IMG/VR virus record: IMGVR_UViG_3300022745_000018
Span: 96,001 to 160,000 of that record
Direction: 5' to 3' (one strand)
Origin: a virus
Length of the DNA stretch: 64,000 bases
Shown: piece by piece, positions 26,675-37,131 of the stretch
How the letters are laid out: each line of letters begins with the position of its first letter
How positions within the stretch are numbered: the first letter of the stretch is position 1
The notes under the pieces: model-generated
What the model saw: only the letters and a program-made list of their open reading frames with translations
Databases searched by the model: none
Told to the model about the DNA's origin: nothing
Program-made: the position numbers and the translations under genes

Positions 26675-27729
26675 CGAAAGCTATCGTTCTGGGTGACACT
26701 CATTGGGGTGCGAACAACGATTCAACTGTGATGCACTCCCATTTTGAGAAGTTCTACAAAGAACTTTTTGAATATGTTGATCTCCACAAAATCAAACACG
26801 TCATTCAAACCGGTGATCTGTTTGACAAACGCAAAGCAGTCAATTTCTTGACATTGCAGAGATCGAACGAACAGTTCTTTAAACCCTTGCAAGATAGGGG
26901 CATGTCACTTTATGTGATTGCTGGTAATCACGATTGTACATATAAGAATACCAATTCAATCAATTCGGTGAATCTGCTGGTCAACAAACCTCAGATGTAC
27001 GCTGTTACTCAATATCCAGCGACGCTTATGGTTGGAGATCAAATGGTTGATTTCTTTCCATGGGTGAATGAATCGAACATCAAAGAAACGCTTGAGAAGG
27101 CATCGTCGCCATCATCGAAGATTGCTGTTGGACATTTCGAATTCTCATCGTTCCCAATGTATCCCGGTATCATGGCCGATGCTGGTATGAACCACAAACT
27201 GTTTGAGAAATACACTTCGGTTTATTCTGGTCATTATCATACAATTTCCACTAAGGACAACATTGTCTACACCGGGATTCCGTATGAATTGACTTGGGGT
27301 GATTACGACGATCCTAAGGGCTTCTGGGTGGTTGACTTGGCGAAGCCCAAGAACAAACCGAAATTCATTGAGAATAAGAATACTCTGTTCGTCAAAATTC
27401 AGTATGACGATTCTATTGAGAACGGAGTACCAGATGTCGATGTTGAGAACAAATATGTAAAAGTCTATGTCGTCTCAAAGAACGACCAATATCAGTTCGA
27501 TAGTTACATCGCGAACCTTTCAGCAAAGAAGCCCTATAACATCCAAGTTATAGATGTTGATGTAGCCAATGCAGTTCAAGATGCTCTTGCTGCAAAGGCT
27601 GAATTCAAATCAACGATTGACATGATAAACCATGTTGTGGATCAGATGGATATGAATGTGGACAAACAGAAATTGAAAACGATGATCACAGAAGTGTATA
27701 GTGAAGCCATGGAGATGGTGTCTCTATGA
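26671..27729 (+). CDS. 47: recombination nuclease gp47 (Mre11/SbcD-like)
   Basis: GDTHWG, GDLFD, GNHD, GHFE, SGHYH motifs. Confidence 0.96.
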   Translation: MTKAIVLGDTHWGANNDSTVMHSHFEKFYKELFEYVDLHKIKHVIQTGDLFDKRKAVNFLTLQRSNEQFFKPLQDRGMSLYVIAGNHDCTYKNTNSINSVNLLVNKPQMYAVTQYPATLMVGDQMVDFFPWVNESNIKETLEKASSPSSKIAVGHFEFSSFPMYPGIMADAGMNHKLFEKYTSVYSGHYHTISTKDNIVYTGIPYELTWGDYDDPKGFWVVDLAKPKNKPKFIENKNTLFVKIQYDDSIENGVPDVDVENKYVKVYVVSKNDQYQFDSYIANLSAKKPYNIQVIDVDVANAVQDALAAKAEFKSTIDMINHVVDQMDMNVDKQKLKTMITEVYSEAMEMVSL

Positions 27730-29450
27730 TCTTAAAGAAAGTGCGTGGCAAGAACTTTTTCAACATCGGCAATGCCTTTCTTGAATTTGATATCGCAAAA
27801 CATCATACAGCGGTCGTTGGTGGCAAGAACGGATCTGGTAAAAGTTCTTTGGTGAACATGATCACGTTTGCTCTATTCAATCAGACAATCAAGAATGTTA
27901 CGAAACCACAAATCGTTAATTCAGTAAATGGTAAGAACTGTTTAGTTGAGATTGAATTCAGTGCCAATGGTAAAGAATATTTAGTTCGCCGTGGGGTGAA
28001 GCCAAACGTCTTTGAGATCATTGAAGATGGTGTTGCACTGAATCAATCTGCTGCTACTGATTTTCAAGAGATGTTGGAGAAGACGATCCTGAAGACAAAC
28101 TTCAAGACATTCTCTCAGACTTCCGTTCTATCAGTTGAGAATTACAAACCGTTCATGTCAATGCGAGCTTATGAGCGTCGCCAATTTGTTGAAGATATTC
28201 TGGACATCCGCGTCTTCACATTCATGAATCAGATTGTGAAACAAAGATTGACGAAGTCTAAAGAAGAACTGAAAATCTTGGACATCAAGCTAACCTCTTC
28301 AAAAGAAAAGGCAATGCTGCAGAAGAAACATTTAGACCGTTTGCAGAACTTGGTAGATGAATCAACTGCAGAACAGAGTTCCAAGTTGCAAGAACTAACT
28401 ACTCAACGAGATTCAAAAGCAGCATTAGTCCTTAGTATGTCCAGTGAAGTTGACGTGTCAGCCAAGGAACTTAGCAGCCTTTCGTCGCGGGCATCTGAAA
28501 TCAACAATACTCAGACGAAGATCAATAAGATTGTTGGTGCAATTGAGAAAATTTCTAGCGACATTGAATCTCTTCACGAAACGGGCAACTGTCCTACATG
28601 CAAACAGGACATTTCCGATGCCCCAATCTTCGAAGAAATGGAGAACAATCGTAGTCGTCTGAAGCGGATGATGTCTGATCTATCTGAAACGATCAAGGAT
28701 GGCGACGACGTGTTTGCTAGAGTGAAGACTCTATCAGAAGTCATCTCATCTACCGAATCTAAAATCTTCTTAAACCAAGAGGCCGTCATTTCATTAGACG
28801 AAGAGATTCAGAAACTATTGGATACCGATTCATCCAAGATCAATTCAAAAATCAACGAAATTGCTGAACTGAAATCGGATCTGAGAATCGTTGCTAAAGA
28901 AGTGTTAGATCTTAGAGCAAGACAGTCCGAAATCAAGACGGACTTTGATTATTTGGACACGATGATTGAACTGTTTAAGGACACTGGCGTGAAATCCAAA
29001 ATCGTTTCACAGTACATCCCTATCATCAATCAGACTATCAACGAATACTTGGACAAATTAGACTTCTTCGTCTCGTTTGAACTCGATGAGAATTTTTCTG
29101 AGGTCATTAAGTCGCGCCATCGTGATAACTTCTCATATGATAGCTTTTCAGCTGGTGAGAAACAGCGCATCGATTTGGCCCTGATGTTTACATTTAGGAA
29201 ACTTGCGGCCATCCGCAATTCCATTCAATGCAACATGCTGTTTTTAGACGAACTGATGGATGCATCGATGGATGCCGCTGGAATCGAATCTATGCTAAAG
29301 ATATTTGATGCCCCAGAACTCCGGCAGTCAAACATTATAGTTATATCACATAGGAATCGCGATGTGCTAGAGGATGCATTCGAGGGCTCCTACGAGGTAT
29401 ATCGTGAGCAAGGCTTCTCGCAGATTCGAGATGTCAACGAATCTAAGTGA
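27726..29450 (+). CDS. 46: recombination ATPase gp46 (Rad50/SbcC-like)
   Basis: GKNGSGKS, coiled coil with CPTC hook, FSAGE, LFLDE, ISH. Confidence 0.96.
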   Translation: MILKKVRGKNFFNIGNAFLEFDIAKHHTAVVGGKNGSGKSSLVNMITFALFNQTIKNVTKPQIVNSVNGKNCLVEIEFSANGKEYLVRRGVKPNVFEIIEDGVALNQSAATDFQEMLEKTILKTNFKTFSQTSVLSVENYKPFMSMRAYERRQFVEDILDIRVFTFMNQIVKQRLTKSKEELKILDIKLTSSKEKAMLQKKHLDRLQNLVDESTAEQSSKLQELTTQRDSKAALVLSMSSEVDVSAKELSSLSSRASEINNTQTKINKIVGAIEKISSDIESLHETGNCPTCKQDISDAPIFEEMENNRSRLKRMMSDLSETIKDGDDVFARVKTLSEVISSTESKIFLNQEAVISLDEEIQKLLDTDSSKINSKINEIAELKSDLRIVAKEVLDLRARQSEIKTDFDYLDTMIELFKDTGVKSKIVSQYIPIINQTINEYLDKLDFFVSFELDENFSEVIKSRHRDNFSYDSFSAGEKQRIDLALMFTFRKLAAIRNSIQCNMLFLDELMDASMDAAGIESMLKIFDAPELRQSNIIVISHRNRDVLEDAFEGSYEVYREQGFSQIRDVNESK

Positions 29451-29461
29451 TCGATTACGGT

Positions 29462-30916
29462 TTATGCCGTCTTTGACCAATAGTCCTGCATCTGGACTTT
29501 GGAGAATGAAGATTCGTTGTTTCTGACCATCAGAATACCATCTGGTTGACTTGATGATCCGTTAGATCCAACGATAGTTGGTGGACTAGACACGATGATC
29601 GGTTGTTGATTCTGAGTGGCTGGTCTCATGACAACTGAATCTCTTTGTTGGTTCAGGTTATCAATAGACTGGACAAAGTTTCCTTTTGATGGAGTGATTG
29701 CTTTTTGTCCAGCATCTTCATTAAGCAGATCGTAGATAGCTCCACCAAATGTATTCTGTCTGCCAGACACCACTGACGACAGTGCATCCAACCCTGGTGC
29801 TACAACACTAGATCCTAGACCAAAGCCAGCCATTCCAGCGGCACCTAAACCGATTGCTGGGATCTGAGCTATTGATGATAGAGTGCTCATTATTCCACCC
29901 ACCATCGTTGACCCCTCTGCTGCAGCAATACCGGTTTCAGCCGTCCCTTTCGGTAGCAACTTCTCTAGAGTTTTTGCGACGGTAGAGTCGACGACATCTG
30001 AACCAAACGTTCTTGCGGGTTTGATCATGCTATCGTTGACCATATCAATTGATCTGTCCACGATGGCTTTACCGGCGGAATAGGTTTTCGTCCCTTTCGC
30101 CTTCGTCTTTATTAACGAAACGATTTTATCAACGAATGTTGGTTTGTCGTCTTTCTTTGGTTGCTTCTCAACCACATCCGTGACGTCATTTTTATTTGTT
30201 CGAGACGCCAGCGTCTTTAAGACTTCGTCTTGTTTTCCAAACAAACCAGATTCAATTTTCTCTCTTTGATGTTCATAACGCAATTCTGGGTTGCGCTCTT
30301 CGATGGTATCATCCATCTCAATCATCAACTGATCTAACTGTTGCAGTTGACCTGACATCGTCTTCAGAGTTAGCGATGCTTCTTTAGTGTTCGTCGCGAT
30401 ACTAGTCAGTTGCTTCAGTTCGGCTTGACCGGTTGCACTTTGTGTCTGTTGAATTTGTTTTACGGATAGACCATCGCGCTTTAGGAAAGCATCGTACTTT
30501 TCATAGACTTCCTTGTGCTGCTCTCGATGTGCCGCAAAGTCTTTTGCATTCATCTTCCTACCAGAACTGAGGATCTTAACGATCTCGGATTTTCGTTCGT
30601 TTGCTTTTTCTGGTGTAGACGATTTTGTCTCGGTATCTGCAAACCGAGACTCTTTTGCTAAAGCTCTGTAGTTTTCTAGAATCTGAGCGGCAAGATCTCC
30701 CAAGACTGGTGATCTATCTGCTATGGAGTTCACTAGTCTGTCACCAAGCGGCGACATCATTAGAGATTTGAATGCACTCTCTAATGTAGGTTTCTTGATG
30801 ATATCTTCAATCGTGCCCTTTGTACCAGCCAGTTTTTCGCTGAACAGTTCTTTATGGGAATTGAAGATGTTTTTAGCGGTTAGACTAAGTGCTTCCCTAA
30901 TCAGTGCTGCACTCAT
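29462..30916 (-). CDS. helical virion protein, candidate tape measure (gp29-like)
   Basis: Helical N-terminus, Gly/Ala-rich hydrophobic segment, Gln/Pro/Ser tail; last gene of the baseplate operon; no direct motif match. Confidence 0.5.
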   Translation of the reverse strand: MSAALIREALSLTAKNIFNSHKELFSEKLAGTKGTIEDIIKKPTLESAFKSLMMSPLGDRLVNSIADRSPVLGDLAAQILENYRALAKESRFADTETKSSTPEKANERKSEIVKILSSGRKMNAKDFAAHREQHKEVYEKYDAFLKRDGLSVKQIQQTQSATGQAELKQLTSIATNTKEASLTLKTMSGQLQQLDQLMIEMDDTIEERNPELRYEHQREKIESGLFGKQDEVLKTLASRTNKNDVTDVVEKQPKKDDKPTFVDKIVSLIKTKAKGTKTYSAGKAIVDRSIDMVNDSMIKPARTFGSDVVDSTVAKTLEKLLPKGTAETGIAAAEGSTMVGGIMSTLSSIAQIPAIGLGAAGMAGFGLGSSVVAPGLDALSSVVSGRQNTFGGAIYDLLNEDAGQKAITPSKGNFVQSIDNLNQQRDSVVMRPATQNQQPIIVSSPPTIVGSNGSSSQPDGILMVRNNESSFSKVQMQDYWSKTA

Positions 30917-30928
30917 TTGAATCCAATC

Positions 30929-31255
30929 TTAAATTGGGTACAACATGTACGAAGCTAATACATCAACTGAGGCTGCTACGGATGATTTTACTTTAAGTGA
31001 ATCGCCAGACTCCAAAACCAATTTCTGATCTGCCCCCGATGGTACAACAGATCTACCAGGAAGTAGATCTGTACCTTTTAGCAAATAGTAATCGGTACCG
31101 GCTCTAGTGATGTAAACGTCAACTAAGATGATGCCGTTTGTTATGTTGGATACAGTCAGTCCGATGATGGTTGTTGAATTACCAGCAGTGCCATCCAAGA
31201 CACTTACTCCAGATGTCCCGATAGAACCTGTTGGTTTTAGTTTGAATGCTGTCAT
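30929..31255 (-). CDS. small virion structural protein
   Basis: TTIIGL.VSN...KLVLE.GD.L.V pattern common in myovirus tail regions. Confidence 0.7.
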   Translation of the reverse strand: MTAFKLKPTGSIGTSGVSVLDGTAGNSTTIIGLTVSNITNGIILVDVYITRAGTDYYLLKGTDLLPGRSVVPSGADQKLVLESGDSLKVKSSVAASVDVLASYMLYPI

Positions 31256-31264
31256 TTATTTTCC

Positions 31265-31477
31265 TTAACTAAGAGCTACCGCTAAAGCCAAGGCATTGTC
31301 AGCCAATGTCGTTGCAGTCGTCGAGAACGTTGTCATAGTTACTCGAGTTTGGATATCGTCGTTGATGCTCTTCAGATTGGCATCAAATTCGGCATTCGTC
31401 AACGGCAAACCCTTCACCGCATCTGGTGCAGGTGGAGTCGTCCCGGAATTCGTTTCTCTGTATAGAATGTTAGCCAT
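31265..31477 (-). CDS. small virion/fibre-anchor protein
   Basis: KG.PLT.AE.D.N motif and C-terminal ALALAVALS. Confidence 0.7.
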   Translation of the reverse strand: MANILYRETNSGTTPPAPDAVKGLPLTNAEFDANLKSINDDIQTRVTMTTFSTTATTLADNALALAVALS

Positions 31478-31478
31478 C

Positions 31479-31703
31479 TTAGACCTTATTGATCAATGCT
31501 TGCAACATTGATTCTATTTTTGTTAATCTATCATCCAATTTATTCACTTTGGAATGCAGTTCTTGTTGTTGGATTGCTTTAGCCATTTTGATGTCATGGG
31601 TGTATCTAGCATGATCGTCGTCTACCACCACCAACCCGGTATCTGTTCTGAAATGACCTGGGATTGGTACTCCATCTAAGCCAACAACTTTTACTGTTTT
31701 CAT
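31479..31703 (-). CDS. small baseplate-associated coiled-coil protein
   Basis: Size and position after the DUF4815 gene; C-terminal I..ML..LI pattern. Confidence 0.65.
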   Translation of the reverse strand: MKTVKVVGLDGVPIPGHFRTDTGLVVVDDDHARYTHDIKMAKAIQQQELHSKVNKLDDRLTKIESMLQALINKV

Positions 31704-33904
31704 TAGCTTAACATGATTGCTCTGTAATCAGATATGATTGGTGGATCATATTGAGTATCTGACGTGAGAACGAACTTGATAGTGAATGTATCGAATTCAG
31801 AAATATCATCCAAGTAGAATTCGTACTCTTTAAATTCACCCTTCTTGGTTGATCTATTTCGTGTCACATCACAGTTCATCTTCTGCCAAGCAAATGTATT
31901 GTGAATCGTTCCAGTACTTGAATTGGATGTTCTCAAGTAGATATCGAATCCAGAAGAACTGTTGCTATATGCAGTCGCGATGATCCGTGCACCTTTTGAT
32001 GTCTGACTTAGTGTTTCTTGCTTAGTGACGTATCTGGATTCGGCTTTCTTGACTGTCGCTGATGTATCTGATGTCAATTCAGTAGAACCTACATCGGTGC
32101 TATTGTTGATGTAATTTGCAATGAATAGACCGCGTGAATGGTTGAAGTCAATCACAGGACTGACATTTGGATTATGCTGCGCTGCTGTATCGGCGAACGT
32201 AACTTCAAGTGCAGTTGCTGCGGAACCAGCCAATAGAGTCGTTTCGTTTGCACGTGATACTAACATCAGATCGTCGTCAATCTGATTGTCCTTCTTCAAG
32301 TCTACGCTGTATGTTTTACCTGGGCTATAGTCTGTCTTGGTTGTTGACAGATATGCGTTCACGTTCGTTCCTGGTGGTGTTAACACAGAAACAGATGGGT
32401 TGAACCTATGATAGAGTCTATTCGTTGAGATGGTGAATTTCTCGTCAGTCAGCACGTAGAATGTAGCAGATCCTGATACGGTAACCGCGGGTGCGCTTGT
32501 ATAACCGGAACCATGATTTGTGACGATGACATCAACAATCTTTCCACCGGATACAACTGCAGTCACTGTTGCTTGGACACCACTGCTGGGTGGTGAAACG
32601 ATTAGCGTTGGTGCCACTGCATATCCGCTACCACCGTCTTTTACTTGGATGTCTACGACGCGGCCACCAGTCACGATAGACCCTGTAGATGTCGCTGAAG
32701 CGCCGATGACGTTGAGATCCACAGTATAATCGTCTATGACTGAGTTGACCGTTAGAACGACATTGTGAATAAGTGAACCGGTGATACCGTTATATGTAGC
32801 GCTGGGATCACATGCAATTTGTACTCTTGAGTTGCCGTCCAAAGAATGTTTGAAAGGTAACTTGGCGCGGATGACACTTGATCCAGTCGTTGTGCTAATT
32901 GTGTTGCAGTTGATAGCAACGGGAGATGCAGCCATAGCGATATTTAGCACTGGTGCAGTTTGTGGATCAACGAAGACTGCTTTGTTTAGTGTGAACTTGA
33001 TATCTTCATTTTGCTCAGCAGTCCAAGTCATGTTGTTTTCTGACTTAAACAATGAACCGGAATATGGTTGATCGAAAACGACCTTACCAGTTTCTTTAGC
33101 GACTTCGCCCATTCGTGAAGTCCATAGACTGTACTTGTCTGAGTTTGATCTGACGACGAAGCAGTAGTCACTATCTTGTTTCAGATAGATTGGGCTGCTG
33201 AATTGGAATTTTGTTGCTACCGCTCCCGTCGAAGATGTATTTACATTCGCTGCTGGTAAACTAAGCACTGCATTCGGTGCAACGAATTTCTTCGACGGAT
33301 ACCCATTCTCCATTTCGCGGACTTCCACCCACACTGGCATATTAGTTGCGGTGTCTTTGGTCGCGAAATACAGATCAAGTGAAGTAATGAAACAGCCACC
33401 CTGAACGCCGTAAGTGAAGAACGACTGAGCTAAAGGATCTCCACCGCCATCCGGTGCAACGAACACTGGATAAGGTACTTCAATCCGCACATTCTGTTCG
33501 ATGGTCGTGGACGATACGTTAGAGACTGTTGTCTGATACCGCTCAGTGATTCCAGTTGCAGAGAAATTCGCCACGGCATACACATCAGTATTACCTAATG
33601 TATCGATGACTACATATTCGCTGCTTTGCTGAAGAACGAATTTCTTAGTACCAACGGTAAATGTTTTACCAGGGATCGTAAATGTACCATTCACCGTCCC
33701 TGAAGAATTGGTGATGAGTGCCCCACCCAAGACTCCACCTGATGGAGTCACGAATCTATCGACATTCACGCCATCAAAGAAAGCATGAAGTGTTGTGTTC
33801 GGTTTTAGGTTTGTTGCTCTGAATGAAATCGTCAGCGGGCGCATGAAAGTCGCCGCTGACTTGTCAATCAGTTGTGTAGTTCTATCTATTCTTTGTGTAG
33901 CCAT
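31703..33904 (-). CDS. DUF4815/VrlC-like baseplate protein, C-terminal part
   Basis: LKPNT....FFDG, DPLAQSF, GSLFKS.N..TWT..Q.EDIKF, F.IKFVL.S...PP...D.RAI; GSGY repeats. Confidence 0.85.
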   Translation of the reverse strand: MATQRIDRTTQLIDKSAATFMRPLTISFRATNLKPNTTLHAFFDGVNVDRFVTPSGGVLGGALITNSSGTVNGTFTIPGKTFTVGTKKFVLQQSSEYVVIDTLGNTDVYAVANFSATGITERYQTTVSNVSSTTIEQNVRIEVPYPVFVAPDGGGDPLAQSFFTYGVQGGCFITSLDLYFATKDTATNMPVWVEVREMENGYPSKKFVAPNAVLSLPAANVNTSSTGAVATKFQFSSPIYLKQDSDYCFVVRSNSDKYSLWTSRMGEVAKETGKVVFDQPYSGSLFKSENNMTWTAEQNEDIKFTLNKAVFVDPQTAPVLNIAMAASPVAINCNTISTTTGSSVIRAKLPFKHSLDGNSRVQIACDPSATYNGITGSLIHNVVLTVNSVIDDYTVDLNVIGASATSTGSIVTGGRVVDIQVKDGGSGYAVAPTLIVSPPSSGVQATVTAVVSGGKIVDVIVTNHGSGYTSAPAVTVSGSATFYVLTDEKFTISTNRLYHRFNPSVSVLTPPGTNVNAYLSTTKTDYSPGKTYSVDLKKDNQIDDDLMLVSRANETTLLAGSAATALEVTFADTAAQHNPNVSPVIDFNHSRGLFIANYINNSTDVGSTELTSDTSATVKKAESRYVTKQETLSQTSKGARIIATAYSNSSSGFDIYLRTSNSSTGTIHNTFAWQKMNCDVTRNRSTKKGEFKEYEFYLDDISEFDTFTIKFVLTSDTQYDPPIISDYRAIMLS

Positions 33905-33925
33905 GTTTTGATTTATTGACTCGTA

Positions 33926-36900
33926 TTAGGTTGGGGAAACCCAGACACCGGTCTGGTTTACACTAAGAACAGTCTGTTGAACGGACGTAATGTTCGTCAC
34001 CGATGGTGAAATTGCTGGGGCAGATGTAAACCATTCCCACCAATTCGACGTGTTGTATGGAACAGGTACTCTCTGTTGGTGGATAACAGTTACTGTCTCG
34101 GAAACATTTCTAGCGATTTCCGGTAGCATCTCCGCATCAACGAAGTTGTCGACCGCAGGTGTCATTGTCATTTCACCACGCCATGAGAAGACCAAGAATG
34201 GGTTCAAATTGGTCGTTCTTGTTGATAGCGGTTGGTTGATTAGAGGAGTTTCTGTGTAATCCAACATCACTTTACCGTCGATGATTTTGTAACCACTGCT
34301 CGGTGTCAATAGAGCCAATTCAGTGTCATGCGGATCCACTGCGGAAGACATGTTCCGTTCGGTAAAACTGACGGTATTCTGTGCATTGTAGTAGTCACAG
34401 ATTGTTGTAGGATTCTCAAAGTTATCAACCAGATATCCAGTTTTGAATCTATTCAGACCGGTTGCTGCGTCAATGACTTCGTATTGGAGAAGACTGTTCT
34501 CAACTGCATTGAGTGTCGAAAAGTATTCCACATTGGAGATTCTATCAGCCAACTTATGGATATCTGCCATCGTATATCGCTGATTCTTCTCAGCAATTTG
34601 GATCACAGTGTCTAAATTGGACGTGTATGGTGGCAGAGTCACATGATGCAATGGCAGCACGTCATCGGGGACAGAGACCTTGACTGGATTCAATGAAGGG
34701 ATGCCTTTAGCAACAAGTACTTCACCAGACTTGTTCAAGTAGACGGTATCAACCCTACCCATGTAGTATTTGATGGACGAGGTTATGATGTTATCAATGA
34801 CAGCCGATCCAGAATACAATCCAGCGGTAGTAGTGAAACCACCCACGGTTTTCTTCGGTCTGAAATCAAGAACTTGAGATAACTTAATGGCTTGGTTGGA
34901 GTTGCTTGGTGTGTATGAAGGAATCTGCTGCAGATACGAAGCACCCAGCGTCGTGTAACTATCTACAGAGAAATAGTCAGAAGAACCTGAATGGTCGAAG
35001 TAAGAGAACTGCACCGAAATTGATGTCGTTCCGACTGGTAGAGCAGCGGATCTTGAAATTGACCCGATGTCATAATAGAAGTCTCGCTGTCCATTGTCCA
35101 ATGTGTATAGTGAAGTTACATCTGCACCAGCATTGGTTGTGACTGAGATCAACTTGTAGATATCTGCTTGTGCTAAACTGACGGTCGTTCCTACTCCAAG
35201 ACCAGAAGTTGTTGTGGTCACTAGAGTTTTCGTTTTCGCGGGCTGGGTGCTTCGCTTAACTTGAGCCAATACAGTTACCGTCGTGGACACGATGGGTGAA
35301 CCAGAGATGCTTAGAACGTTATTAGACGGTCTTGTCAAGTACTGCAAGAAGTTGTGGCCAGCAGAATCCAATGCAACAACGGTTCCGGCTTCTGGAACCA
35401 CGAATTCTCCGATTGATGTAGTTACTGAACCGGCTCCAGCACCATCTAACGTAATTGTGTAGACATCCCAGATTGTGTATTCGATATCCGCAGTCCCACC
35501 GGCATTCTTCACAGAAGCAACGACTTCAGCTGGAATTTGGAACAGAGGGATGCCAGAAGATGTTTTGCCGTTTGTAGTCCCAGACACAATCGCTGTACCA
35601 GATGCCGCAGTGACGATATCACCAGTCTTCGGTACATACTTAGCCGCATTGCTTCTGTAAATGAACAGATCACCGGTTGCGATGTAGTGTTTCCAAACCG
35701 TCGCCTCTCGATTGCCTGTACCGGACAGCACATCACCAGATGTTAGAGTATTTGAAGCATTGTACGTACTCAGTCTCGTTAGCACTTTCGATGAGAAAGA
35801 TGTACCAGTGACCGTCTTCGCCATCGAAATTGATTGTCCAACAGTGAGGTTCAGATCATGATAATACAACTTATAGATTGTAGTGTTGTCTGTTGTATCA
35901 CCGGAATGGTAATCCAGCGCAATTGCGTTGCATGTACCGATGGTTACGTTTGACGGGTCTTTTAGTTGAACTTGTTCATGTAATTTGAACGAAGGTAATC
36001 CATGAACATCAGTGATGTAAATGTAGTTGGCATAATCGGTATAGTGTGACATCGATGTCACCGCGATATGCTCAGGAGTTCTTGCTTTGTCTACGTCGAT
36101 TCGTTTATCAGAGATCGTCTCTACTTCAAATCCTTGAATGTATGCTTTACCGGGAGAAACTGTATAAGTGATCTTATCTTCGTCACCGTTGGTATATAGA
36201 CCGTTATTCCAAGCAGTCTTGAGATTTTCGTTTAGTGAAAGAGCAAGACCATCGACTCTGTAGTTACCAGATTCGTCATGCGTTCTTCTTGCTAGCGACT
36301 TCTCCAATTCAGAGTACTTAGAATATCTCGAATATTCCAATAGAGTACCGGAATCAAACTTCATTAGATCGATGTAGTCTTCGCTGACTGCATCGCTAGC
36401 AGATCTTTTAACCAAAGTCAGAGTGATCTTTACACGATCTGCACCCGGGGCTCCGTAGTTGTATGAGCCTTGTGCCGGATCCAATAGAGTATCGTCTTCG
36501 TTATAATCAATGACAGTCTCATCAATCTTCAGAGAGACAATACATGTAGGTGTGCTAGTGTATTTTGAAGCAACGACTGATTGCTTCGCGACTTCGACGA
36601 ATGTCCCACTGACATAGTAGACACCCACATTAACGTATGCAAGTGAACCGAACCCAGAATGAGAAGACGAAATTGTGGTGGCTCTTAATGAACTATTGTC
36701 AAGAGCATAGAATTCGGTGTTGGCATCGATGATGTCTGAACCACCAGCCGAGCCAGAAATGTACGTTAAGTACAATGTGATTGGGTCGGAATCCTCAGCA
36801 TTGGCTGTCTTCTTCACAACGGCTTTGACTGAACCGGCAACGATCGTTTTACCTTCAAATGCCGCGGCTGAAACTGGCAAACCATCAAATGTAGCATTAA

Positions 36901-37126
36901 CTTTGATGTATGGAACTTTCAGTTCGTAGTAACTATTTCCTGGGATTACAACTGAACCATGTTTGAAGATATGATTACCAAACTTCGCAATCTGATCTCG
37001 CAGAATCGTCTGGAGTTGAGTCAACTCTCGTGACTGAACGGCCAACCCTGGATTGAACAGAATTTGATGATAGTTCTTAGACGAATCGAAATCATCATTC
37101 CAAGGTGTTTTGTTGTAATTTTTCAT
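33926..37126 (-). CDS. DUF4815/VrlC-like baseplate protein, N-terminal part
   Basis: P..DDFD..KNY..ILF.PG.AVQ.RELTQLQ, APGADR, ARRT.DESG.Y, LDNGQRD, DFRP, YTM.DI, RFK.G..VD.F. Confidence 0.9.
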   Translation of the reverse strand: MKNYNKTPWNDDFDSSKNYHQILFNPGLAVQSRELTQLQTILRDQIAKFGNHIFKHGSVVIPGNSYYELKVPYIKVNATFDGLPVSAAAFEGKTIVAGSVKAVVKKTANAEDSDPITLYLTYISGSAGGSDIIDANTEFYALDNSSLRATTISSSHSGFGSLAYVNVGVYYVSGTFVEVAKQSVVASKYTSTPTCIVSLKIDETVIDYNEDDTLLDPAQGSYNYGAPGADRVKITLTLVKRSASDAVSEDYIDLMKFDSGTLLEYSRYSKYSELEKSLARRTHDESGNYRVDGLALSLNENLKTAWNNGLYTNGDEDKITYTVSPGKAYIQGFEVETISDKRIDVDKARTPEHIAVTSMSHYTDYANYIYITDVHGLPSFKLHEQVQLKDPSNVTIGTCNAIALDYHSGDTTDNTTIYKLYYHDLNLTVGQSISMAKTVTGTSFSSKVLTRLSTYNASNTLTSGDVLSGTGNREATVWKHYIATGDLFIYRSNAAKYVPKTGDIVTAASGTAIVSGTTNGKTSSGIPLFQIPAEVVASVKNAGGTADIEYTIWDVYTITLDGAGAGSVTTSIGEFVVPEAGTVVALDSAGHNFLQYLTRPSNNVLSISGSPIVSTTVTVLAQVKRSTQPAKTKTLVTTTTSGLGVGTTVSLAQADIYKLISVTTNAGADVTSLYTLDNGQRDFYYDIGSISRSAALPVGTTSISVQFSYFDHSGSSDYFSVDSYTTLGASYLQQIPSYTPSNSNQAIKLSQVLDFRPKKTVGGFTTTAGLYSGSAVIDNIITSSIKYYMGRVDTVYLNKSGEVLVAKGIPSLNPVKVSVPDDVLPLHHVTLPPYTSNLDTVIQIAEKNQRYTMADIHKLADRISNVEYFSTLNAVENSLLQYEVIDAATGLNRFKTGYLVDNFENPTTICDYYNAQNTVSFTERNMSSAVDPHDTELALLTPSSGYKIIDGKVMLDYTETPLINQPLSTRTTNLNPFLVFSWRGEMTMTPAVDNFVDAEMLPEIARNVSETVTVIHQQRVPVPYNTSNWWEWFTSAPAISPSVTNITSVQQTVLSVNQTGVWVSPT

Positions 37127-37131
37127 GTTCT

